A stretch of 64,000 bases of DNA, from contig JBHGNT010000002.1 of the NCBI GenBank assembly GCA_043228905.1, positions 1,364,001 through 1,428,000 on the forward strand, in the 5' to 3' direction. Source of the DNA: Azolla caroliniana. Its lineage: Eukaryota > Plantae > Polypodiophyta. This document shows positions 23,600 to 34,831 of this stretch, piece after piece. The first letter of the stretch is position 1. The number at the start of each line of letters is the position of its first letter. A program made the position numbers and the translations under genes. Below the pieces are notes generated by a model that saw only the letters and a list, made by a program, of their open reading frames with translations, was not told the DNA's origin and searched no databases.

Positions 23600-26500
23600 G
23601 TACACATATGTAAACGTTTTATATAACCAAGTAATTACCACTACAACATCATTGAATCTATAAAAAAAAATTACATATTAACCATACACATGATTAAATT
23701 GGGAGAAGAAAGAATAGAAAAAACAAGAAAGATTACCGAAGTTCCTTTGTTGATCCTTGTCTGCATGAAGGCCAAACGCACGTAGATCGATCACCATTAA
23801 TCAAGAACACAAAACACAACAAAAGAAACATTAGAAAATGAGCTCGGATACCAACTATTAGAGACATAGACTAATGTAAGCATTAGATAAGGATAGAATA
23901 TAGATCTAGATAGAAAGGAGAGAGAGAAAGAAGGGTGTCGATCCACCCGACCACCCCCGAGCGAAGGGATCGAGACGGACTCGAGCCTCGATCGGCGTCC
24001 CATACCACCACCGTGGCGTCGAGTCGTACCTGGTGCTGGTGCGCTCGCTACAAGAGTTGACCCACCACAAGACAGAGTCTCAACGTAGTCAACAAGATGA
24101 TCAAATGAGGGTAGCTAGGCCTCTTATTTATAGCAATACCCAAGGCCCCCAGGAAAGTTCACACTTGGCCTAATGGGTTGTCTCAATCCCGAGGATTTAA
24201 AAGTAATCCTCCCCTTCTTGACACTCTCGTTTAACCCTCACACTTATCCACGTGTATAGAATACTACGGTAAATTCTCACCACGGGATATTATATGGTCA
24301 TGCCTGTAACAAGTTCGGGGACAAGAGACTGAACAAGATCGATGCCACAGTGTGGGAGGTGATGCACATGAAGACAACGGCGTATATACGGTGCTTCATC
24401 GACATGAGCCTGTACAACAACTTCAATGAAGAGAGCAAGGCTCATGAGCTCTAGCAGAAGATCGGCATTATGTTTCAGAACAAAAATGTTGTAAATTGGG
24501 TTTCGGTATTTCGGAAGCTAGTGAGGCTCTGGTACCAAGATGGCTCCAACATGGCGAAGCACATGAATGCCTTCCAGGGGTTGATTCACCAGGCAACATC
24601 GTTGGAAGTACCTCTCGCCGATGAGGTACTAGCACTACTCCTGCTCAGTTCCCTCCCGAATAGCTGGGAGACGTTGGTAGTCATTTTGGGCAACGTCGGG
24701 CCGGAAGGGAAGCAGTTATCCCTAGCAAGAGTCAAGTCGAGCTTGCTAGATGAGGAGGCGCGTCTGAAAGACAAGGATACGAGCTCCGACTCTAAAGCGC
24801 TCCTTACCGAATCGGAACACGGAAGACAAAGCAACCGGAGTCCCTAGAACCGGGAAAAGTCGGGGACACGGTCAAAGTCAAGGGGAAGGCCCACTTGCTT
24901 CTACTGTGGGAAGCCGGGGCACTTCCAGAAGAACTATCGGCATTTCCGGAAAGAAAAGGAAACCGATAGTACCAATTCGAAGCGGTCACCGGACTGGAAC
25001 AACAAAGATTAGAGAGGACCAAACCGGAAGGGAATGACGACAATCGCGGCAAGTGAAGAGGAGTTGATGCTCATCACCGAGGAGAGTGGGTTGAACCTTG
25101 CTGACGACGAGACAACGTGGGTTGTCGACTCCGGAGCGTCGTTCCACCTTACCCCGGACCGGAAATGCTTCTCATCCTACACAGACAGTGACCACGGCTG
25201 TGTCCGTATGGGGAATGAAGGTACATGCCGAATTGTCGGCATAGGAGACGTGTGGCTGACAACACCAACGAGATGCAAGTTGCTGTTGAAGGATGTTCGA
25301 CAAATTCCGGAGGTTCGACTCAACCTGATATCAACTGGTCGACTAGATGATGAAGGCTACACGGGTAGCATTCGGAATGGTGTCATGAAGTTCAGCAAAG
25401 GGAGCCTAATAGTGGCTCGGGCCCGGAAGATCAACACATTGTACCTGATGAATGCCCGGTTATGCCCGGAAGAAGTGAACGTTGCTTCCGACACTGCCGG
25501 TGAGTTGTGGCACAAGAGACTGTGTCACATGAGCGAGAAGGGGATGAAGAGGCTTGCTGATGACAACCTCATTCCGGGGAAAGACATGCATCTTGAGAAG
25601 TGCACCGACTGCCTGGCCAGTAAGCAAAACTGGACCTCCTTCCGCTCAAGGCCACCGATGAGACGTACTGCACCGCTGAAGCTGGTGCATACCGATGTGT
25701 CTCAAGTGGACACGAAGTCACATGCCAAAGCACAGTACTTCGTGACGTTCATAGATGACCACAGCCGAAGTTGTGGGCGACACCGCTGAAGACGAAGGAT
25801 CAAGTGTTAACTGTCTTCAAGGAGCTCCACATGAGAGTGGAAAGAGAAACCAGCCGGAAGCTAAAGGCGGTTCAAGCAGATAACGGAGGAGAATACCGGG
25901 GGCAGTTCGAGGAGTACTGCCGCACAAAGGGAATCCGGCTTGAATTTACTATGTTGAAGACACCAGAACTAAACGGGTTGGCCGAGAGGATGAACCGGAC
26001 CATAATGGAGAGGGTCCAGAGTATGCTGGCACATGCAAAGCTACCCAAGACGTTTTGGGCTAAGGCGCTGGCGACAGCGACATACGTGATAAACAGATCA
26101 CCCTCAGTACCCTTGGACGGAGACACGACGCAAAGAGTGTGGACCAGTAAGGAAGTGTCTTACTGGCATCTGAAGGTGTTCGGGTGTCTCGCTTACGTGC
26201 ATGTTGTAAAGGAACAGAGAGAAAAGTTGGATTCAAAGTCTCGGCCTTGCATATTCCTCGGATATGGCGATGATGAGTTCGGCTACCGAGTATGGGATCC
26301 GGTCAACAAGAAGGTTTTCCGGAGTCGAGATATTATCTTCATGGAGGACAAGACCCTTGTCGACTAGGAGTCGGAGAAGAAGATAATGAACTCCGAGTCG
26401 ACCGGTAAGGATCGGTTCGATGAGATTCGAACCTACCCGGCAAAGAGCCGGTTGACACTGGAAGAACCAACCGGTTACGGTGAGGATACCGAACCGGAAG

Positions 26501-28800
26501 AAGAAGAAGAAGAAGAAGAAGCAGAAACCGGAACCGGCCAAGACCCCGAATCGGATTCGGATGAAGAACAAACAGAGGAGCCGGTTGCCGAAACCCAAGG
26601 ACGCAAATATCCTCTCAGAGAGAGAAGGGCCCCCCAGAGATTTTCGGATGCAGAACGTGTGCTACTAACCGATGAGGGGGAACCGGAAAGCTTCGAAGAA
26701 GCAAAGGAGGACACCCATACCCGCAAGTGGTTAAGTGCCATGCAAGACGAGATGGATTCCCTGCATGAGAACCACATGTATGAACTGGTGGAGTTGCCGA
26801 AAGGAAAGCGGGCACTCCAGAATAAGTGGGTGTACAAGTTGAAACCGGGAGATGCCGGCAACCCCCCAAGGTTCAAAGCCAGGATCATGGTGAAGGGGTT
26901 CCAACAGAAGAAGGGAGTGGACTTCGACGAGATATTTGCCCTGGTAGTAAAAAGGACTTCCATCTGGACGGTGTTGAGCATAGCGGCAAGCATGGACCTT
27001 GAGGTAGAGCAGTTAGACGTGAAGATGGCGACCTCAAAGAGGAGATCTACATGTAGCAACCGGAGGGATTTGTGAAGCAAGGGAAGGAGAACCTGGTTTT
27101 CCGGTTGAAGAAGAGCCTCTACGGTTTGAAGCAGGCTCCCCGGAAATGGTACCGGAAGTTCGACTCCTTCATGACCGATCAAGGATACCACAAGACGTAG
27201 GCCAATCACTACATATTTGTGAAGAAGTTCGACAGAGGAGACTTCCTGATATTGCTCCTATATGTGGACGACATGTTGATCGTCGGACAGGACCAAGCGA
27301 AGATTCGGATGCTGAAGAATGCCCTTAACCAGACCTTCTCAATGAAAGACTTGGGTCCGGCAAGACAGATACTGGGGATGCATATCATCAGAGACCATTC
27401 AAAGAAGCAATTGTGGCTGTCACAGGAGAAGCACGTGACAAAGGTGCTTCAAGGGTTCAACATGTCAGATGTGAAACCAGTCGGATCGACACTCCCGACA
27501 AACTGCGGGTTATCCGGCAAGCAAAACCCGAAGACGAAGGCAGAGAAGGCGGATATGATGAAGATACCATATGCCTCTGCCGTCGGGAGCTTAATGTATG
27601 CAATGGTGTGTACCAGACCGGATATCGGATACGCAGTCGGAGTGGTGAGCCGGTTTATGAGCAACCCCGACAAGGAGCACTGGAATGCGGTAAAATGGAT
27701 ACTCCGGTACTTGAAAGGGACCTCAAGTATGTGTCTTTGATTCGGCTCCGGTAAACCCCAACTTGACGGTTTCACCGATTCGGACATGTCGGTTGATGCG
27801 GATACCAGTCGGTCAACATCTGGATATGTCATGACATATGCAGGGGGAGTTGTTTCGTGGCAGTCTAGGTTGCAGAAGACGGTTGCAATGTCAACCACAG
27901 AGGCAGAGTACATGGCAACCGTGGAAGCCGGCAAGGAAATATTATGAATGAAGGACTTCAGCAGAGAGCTAGGGATCCGGCAAGAGGAATATCAACTCTA
28001 TTGCGACAATCAAAGTGCCATCCACCTTGCGAAGAACGCGGCGTATCATTCCAGGACGAAGCACATCTAGCGGAGGTACCACTGGATCCGGGAGCGAGTG
28101 GAAGATCGAGAGTTCGTGTTGACGAAGATCTACACGGAGGAGACCAGGTCAGATATGCTAACCAAGGTGCTGACGCCCAACAAGCTAGATGCATGCCGAA
28201 AGCGAATTGGACTAACCAGACATCCCATGCTGGAGTGAAGGGGGAGTTTGTTAGGATTTCGGTCCCTCCAGATGGGATATGAGTACCCTGCTAGGAAGAC
28301 CCGATGAGAACCTCTCGCCGGATGAAGGGACATATATGGAAATATATTTCTAAGAGCCCGTTGGGGCTATATCTGTAAATAGTCATAATGTCATATTAGT
28401 ATAAATATGACCTAGGGCAAACAGTCCAGTAGTAGTTGTCATTATTTTGTATAGAGTTATTGGTGTAACTGTTGTACAGAGCATAACATAGAGAGAGAGA
28501 GAGAGAGAGAAACAGAGTAAGTCTCTGTTGTAACCGCCGCCAGGCGAAGATTGTGAGCACGAGGTCGTTGCCTCTGTGCCCCCTGTTGTATTCTCCTTAC
28601 ATAGTGATAGTTGGAGTCTATAGGCTCCCGTGGTTTTTCCCATTTAGGGTTTTCCACGTTAACATCTCGTGTACTCTCTTGTTTACAGTTTTTGTGTATA
28701 CGTGCATCTATCACCACATTCCCATTTCTGTGTTTGGAATTCTCAATCAAGTGATTGAAGACTCGATTGTGGCTGAGCATTATTCCACGTATTCTTGTAA

Positions 28801-30871
28801 GCACTTGACATTCCTCTCTGTTTCTCATTCAACTAAGCTTTGTAACTTCCGGAAACATTCGAAGACTTCGCTCTTCCGTTCGATGAGGTAGATCCACGTG
28901 TGCCGGTTGTAGTCATCGATGAAGGAGACGAAATATCGACTCCTGCCAAGACTAACGTTTTGTGTTAGTCCCCATACATCCGAATAGATTAAATCGATCT
29001 TGTTATAGCTCCGGTTTCATTTGGTGGGGAATGGAAGCCAGTGTTGCTTCCCGAGTTGGTAGGCTTCACAAATTTTGACCTTCCGGCCGCTAAATTTTGG
29101 CAAACCGAAGACAACTTGTTTCGATTGTAGGTCCTGAAGCCTCCGGTAGTTGACGTGGCCGATCCGCTTGGGCCACAGGTCAATGTCAGACTCGACCTTT
29201 TGCCCTTTGGCAAACATGGTTTCGACAATCCCCGGTTGTTCCGGCTTCTCCAAAACAAAGAACCATTCTTCATGCCTCTTCATGTGGTTGGACGCTCCGG
29301 AATCAACGTACCATACTTCCTCCGATTTGGAAGTGGTCTTCTTCATCGAGTTAGCCTTGTGTTTCATCACGAAAGTTGGCCCTTTACCAGTTTTCTTGGT
29401 TCCGGATCCTTCTGATCCTTCCATGTAGTGCGAGCTTTGCCGGTTCTCCCGCCCGGTTTTGCCAAGTCCAGATTTGTCCAAATCGGCACGCTTCCTCCAG
29501 CACTCGCTTTCCTTGTGGCCCTTTTTGCCACAGTACCAGCATTCCGTATCGGCCTTTCCTTGCCGATTCTCGGGGCCGTTTTGACTCCCCCTACTTGTGG
29601 AGGGTCCGGAACTGCTGTTGGCACCACCTCTATGCCTCCGGTCCTGCTCTTGCCGGCCGCCTCCATTGCGTGCCGACCCACCTCGTCCACCACGTCCATG
29701 GGGCCGATCTGTCTCCGTGTACAGCATCCGACCGTCCGATTGAGTGGTCCTTGACCCACTCACGTGGTTTTCTTTGACCATCAGCATCGATTGCAAGTTG
29801 AAGAAAGACGGTGGTTTCTCTCGGGTGAAGATCGTTGTCTGGATTGGCCCATACCTTTGCGCTAGACCACCGAGGCATATTTGTACCATCTCGTCTTCGT
29901 CCACCGTCACGTTGATGGACCCGAGTGTGTCGCAAATCTCCTTTATTTTGGTGGTGTAATCCATAACCGACATGTCTTTTTGCCGAATGTTGTTCAGCTC
30001 TTGCCGGAGCTGCAACTTATAGGCTGTGGTACTCGCGGCGAAAATCTTCCTTAGATTTCCCGAGGCCTCCTTCGAAGTCTTTGCATCCTTGATGTAGCCG
30101 AGCATCTGATCGTGCACACAGGAAGCAAGGCAGTACAATACTCGGCTCGCTCCTTGCTCCCATACCGGGAAGTCCTTGTGTGACGGCTCCGGTGCTACTT
30201 CATTTGTTCCTTCCATAAAGCCCCAATATCCATGCCCCAGCAGGTACTGGTGCATTTTATATGACTAGGACACGTAGTTGCTCCGGTCGAGCTTCTCTAT
30301 TGGAAGTGAACTCGCCATTCCTCTGTCCATATCTTCCCTCTATCTGTTGTTACCGGGTTCTAGGGTTCGTCTACGAAAGCAAGTGTCGGTTGTAGAGGTT
30401 CTCAACCCTCGCGCTCTGATACCATGTGAATGTAAACATGCGGAAGCGTTAGACAAAACCGGCTCAGCCAGTTAGCAACAAAGAATAAGAGGTTTTAATG
30501 GAGAACCTTAATACATAGAGAGAATATACACAAGAGAGACAAAGAGAGCAGAACGTAAAAGCATTTTTTCAAAATAACTCTACCACTCGATCTCTACAAC
30601 GTGCTAAACAACACTATTTATACAAGTCCATAAAGGATTGACAGGTACTTCAATATTCCTACGTGCGACTAACACTAACTACGAGACAATGATTACCTAG
30701 TAGTCTAGGCTACTACTAGGATTCCGGTTCCCGCTCAAATCCGGCTCTCTGATCCGTCTCCCCGATCCGGCCGGTTGTTTCCGGATACCGATCCGGCTCA
30801 TCCTTCCGGATGCCGATATGGGTCAGGCTTCTTCAGCCGATCCGGATCCGATTGAGCTTGCTCGCTCAACA
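28801..30871 (-). mobile_element. 5' portion of Copia H (relative of A): 5' LTR 30425-30871, Met PBS, gag, protease, start of integrase
   Basis: PBS tggtatcagagc 30413-30424; gag LPIEKLDRSNY with stop; CWYCGKKGHKESEC; WYVDSGAS; integrase cut at 28800 by the B' LTR. Confidence 0.9.
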
Positions 30872-31900
30872 CTCCCCAATTTCCATGGCCATGACCTTAA
30901 TCAAGATCTTCATGTGTATATAGCATCTACCCATCAGTGTTGTGTTTTTCAACTCAAACATCAACATGGATTGCAATTTGAAAAAGCTCAGGGGGTTCTC
31001 CCTTGTTGTTATAGCAATCCAAAACACATCATGCTTATGTGTGAAGCCATCGGGGCATTTTTGCATCATCTCGTGGTCATCGATAGTGACATTGATGGCG
31101 CCAAATGAATCAGAAAAGTCTTTGACCTTGAGGGTATAGTCCATCTCAAACATATCCCTCTACCAAATATTGTTCAACTCCTACTTGAAGTTTTCGAGTC
31201 GTGGTTTGAAGCCACGAAAATCTTCTCCAAGTTTTCCCATGCTTCCTTCGAGGCTTTCACGTCTAAGATATAGCTTAACATGTTGCTAAGTAGTACATTA
31301 CCCAATTGGTGCCTTGCTATTATGTGGGGTAGTTGGGGTTTATGAGATCGAGGGGCTATTTCTTGAGCACTCTCAACATAACTCTAGTAACCCTCCGTGA
31401 CTGGATACTATTGCATCTTGTACTCCCAAGGTGCATAGTTATGCATGTCCAACTTCTCTGTTCGAAGTGGTTACCCGTATCTGCATTCATCTTTAATTTA
31501 GCTCAATTCATAAGCTCCTCTCAACATACACCTTTTATCGTGTAGCAACACAACAACAACAATAATTTGTTCAAAACTATCTCCAACTACTCACACAACT
31601 TCAATGGTAGAGTTCAGTGAAAGATATCCAACCCTCACGATCACATATCATGAAAAGAATGCTAACGCTCGTAGAGTCAAGATGTGCGAACGTGTAGTGT
31701 GTGTGAGAGAGTGGGTGTGTGAACCAATAACTCACTCTCCTATGGGGATGATAACTTGGTTTAGGTTTAGTTCAAAACTATATTAATCAACTAAAAATCA
31801 TCAACAAAACACAATGCGTCAAGTGGCCTTTATATATTCAAGTCCTCACAGGACTGCTACATTTCATGTGGTTGGTCAAGTCTAGTCATAGACATCCACT
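30872..31900 (-). mobile_element. Old degenerate Copia J (gag remnant plus probable LTR from about 31651)
   Basis: MDYTLKVKDFSDSFGAINVTIDDHEM is homologous to H gag; degenerate PBS near 31638-31650; outer boundary uncertain. Confidence 0.6.
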
Positions 31901-32189
31901 TGAGTACAATTTTGTTCCACAATTTTAGCTTTTTTTCGAAATATGTATATGAAGTTGCCATATATTACCCTATCTTGCCATACACCCTCTATTTCCCCTA
32001 GATAACACCTTCATCCTTTTCCACTCTCTCCCTATCCCAAACAATATTCCACTCCCCTTTTTCCCTTCCCTTTTCTCTACTACCTTCATTACCCCTAAAT
32101 GACTTAGGCTCACCATTAGCACCCATGCCATTAGTACATGTCGTGCATAGCTTAGCCCATGAAGACCTTGGCATTGGTACTAATGCTAC

Positions 32190-32263
32190 GATGTGTGGTT
32201 GAATTGTATCTCAACACAATTAAGCTTGAGGAGATGTGTTGAGATACAGTTCGACCACACATC
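32190..32263. repeat. 29-bp inverted repeat hairpin with 16-nt loop
   Basis: gatgtgtggttgaattgtatctcaacaca / tgtgttgagatacagttcgaccacacatc; two mismatches, both G-U compatible on +. Confidence 0.85.
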
Positions 32264-32929
32264 TTGTATTTGAACACACATTGTTGTGGGCTCATGCATT
32301 TTGAGTTCCATCCTTGTAATAAATGGATAAGAGGTATCTTGTATTAGATGAAATTTGACACTTTAGATATCTCAATACTAACTCTCCCATCATGATAGAT
32401 TGGTTCGAACATTTATGTGAAGTAAGCATAGAACATTCTATATAAACCATGGCCCCTCTCTTGCATTTAGTGATGATCGTCATCTAGAGGAGAAGGGATC
32501 AAAGTGGATAGAGGGGAGTGATTTTTCCAATTTGGCAACCTAGTTTCAACCTCCATCAATTGGAAACCAAACTCAACATACAATGCGAGAGAGTGTGCCA
32601 CAATTAACACAATGAAAATCATGGTAGCAAAGCTTAATCATAATTTATATTAATAATCTCAATCATATGATACAAGAGTTACCCTCCAATCTATACATTA
32701 TCTCATTCTATAATTAGGGTGTAGAATTCATATGTCCAATAGACCTTTCTCTTTAGTGTGTCCCATTTACAACATGTGTATAACATAGTTTATCATTGAG
32801 GCATATCTATGGACTTTGTTTAACTCTTTTTGAAGCCATTTTTTAATGATGTTTAATTGGTCATATAAGGTATTTAGTGAAAAATGATTTGCATGTGTGG
32901 CACAAATTATACAATGGTATGAGATTGTG

Positions 32930-33554
32930 TGTTGGTTATCATGGTAGATATACAATGGGAGAATGTATGTTGGCTATCATGGTAGACCCTAGTTGACAGA
33001 TATGAGCATCAGGAAGAGGGGATGACTTTGGTTATAAAAGCACAAGAGGTTTTTTTCTCCACCATCGACAATGTCCACTCAACTCCTATCAATGCCAAAT
33101 CTCAAGTTGTGTTGGAATTGGTCAGCCCAATAACTCTTTGGATTCTATGGAAACAACGATGTAGACGGGTCTTCTCCAACCAAACCGTGCAACCAATAGT
33201 GTTAATGCAAGAGATATGGAGTGAAGTGGTAGCCACTCTAAAGAGCCAATATGATGGCCTCAACGGTGACTCCGATGGAGACGGGTCTTCTCCAACCAAT
33301 AGTGTTAATGCAAGAGATATGGAGTGAAGTGGTAGCCACTCTAAAGAGCCAATATGATGGCCTCAACGGTGACTCTGATGGAGTTGAAAGACAACGACTA
33401 GCCTTCATCCAACAATGGTCACCCTCCCCCTTTATTGAGTCGGTGGGCATCCACATAAGATGGACCTATCGTGTCCCTACAAGGATTTGTATATACTAAT
33501 CTCATCTATAAAAATTTATAACTAATGGAAGGAGTTTTTTTTTTGGAAAAAAAA
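32930..33554 (+). mobile_element. 5'-truncated L1-type LINE with poly(A) tail and 17-bp TSD
   Basis: LWILWKQRCRRVF ORF2 C-terminal motif; A-tail to about 33554; aatggtatgagattgtg at 32913-32929 and 33555-33571. Confidence 0.88.
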
Positions 33555-34603
33555 AATGGTATGAGATTGTGGTCACTTGTTACCACATGGAATACCTTAG
33601 CAAATTGCATTGTGTGTCTTTCTTCATAAACAACAATTCACGCAAGCATGGTAAATATAAAATAGGAAATTTTGCGCCACAAAATCTACATCCAACACAT
33701 ACATCTATAGACACTTCAAAATATACATTTGGTTTTGGTTATAGTATATATCACACATCGAAAATTACTCATTGATAACACTAAATGAGATTGCACATTT
33801 TTTATTGCCTTCCACAATTCTAATTGGTTTTAAATCATCTAATTGTTTTGTGAATAATTCAAATGTTATCTTAGATAGGATAATGATTCCCGATGAGGAT
33901 TTTTTTCTCTAGAATATAATTTTGGCAAGCACTCGTTTACGTAGCTTGCAAGAATAATTTCAATAACATGAAAGATTTGAAATATTAATAAAAGTAATGT
34001 TTCGATGTCATCGAACAATTAAACTACAAATGGGTATCCTAAGTTCTAGAAAAGGGGAAACCATTGAATACATCATAACTTTTATTAAAATAGTGGACTC
34101 ACAAGATTAATCAAGTCCACATTCTTCAACCCATCATAGTTTATTCTTAAACACATCATGGTTGTACTCTCAAAAAACCACATGATCCCCATTGAGGGAA
34201 GAGATTTGTGCATTTAAATTAATTCTACAATATTAGGTTACGAAAACCTTATTGAAATCATGTCTACGTTTCCTTAAGGCCAATAAGTATATTGTGGCTT
34301 AACGCGAACAAGAAATTGAGCTAGACAAAATAACCTATTTGCATGGTTTGAGATATCACAACTATGTTGTGATTTGTTTCATTTTTCGAAATATAGTCTA
34401 CTAGAGCATTAGAGGTTTTCCTAAACTGTGCATACCCATAAAGCAAGTAAACGCATCCACAAATTTACTTTTGAATGTTCATAGCTCATCTCTAATAGTA
34501 AGAATATAATCACTCGTCCCGTTAGGAGATATGGACATTAGCTATATACGAATGGAGCTCAATAGTGCACCATCTTGATTAGTTTAATTCTTATGAACTT
34601 ATA

Positions 34604-34831
34604 TCATCTATAAGCTTTAAGGATACAAGCCAACCAATAATGCATATAAACCTTCCCTTCAATGCAAATTGTTGGTTGGTTAGTTCTTATGGTCATGCAT
34701 CAAATTATAAGGTGATTTCATCTATAAGCTTTAAGGATACAAGCCAACCAATAATGCATATAAACCTTCCCTTCAATGCAAATTGTTGGTTGGTTAGTTC
34801 TTATGGTCATGCATCAAATTATAAGGTGATT
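34604..34831. repeat. 2 x 114-bp tandem duplication
   Basis: tcatctataagctttaagg...ggtgatt repeated at 34604 and 34718. Confidence 0.9.

Larger units (their letters stand above)
17039..24311 (-). mobile_element. Ty3/Gypsy chromovirus G, full-length decayed, TSD AGTTC
   Basis: 456-bp LTRs 17039-17494 and 23856-24311; TSD 17034-17038 and 24312-24316; iMet PBS tggtatccgagc (23842-23853 on -); PPT about 17495-17508. Confidence 0.95.
15603..28800 (+). mobile_element. Copia B' (same family as B), full-length but decayed, interrupted by G
   Basis: Degenerate Met PBS ttgtattagagc about 16898-16909; gag MEDSFGGMFKLTGSNYSVWK at 16925 resumes at 24317; CFYCGKPGH, VDSGAS, LWHKRLCH, ADNGGEY, YVDDML; PPT then 3' LTR 28249-28800. 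Confidence 0.9.

Noticed and set aside
30872-30884. PPT-like ggaaattggggag (-) beside the H 5' LTR, suggesting another shared LTR
   Set aside because: The adjacent sequence is gag of J rather than RNase H, so it is more simply the target site; not fully excluded.
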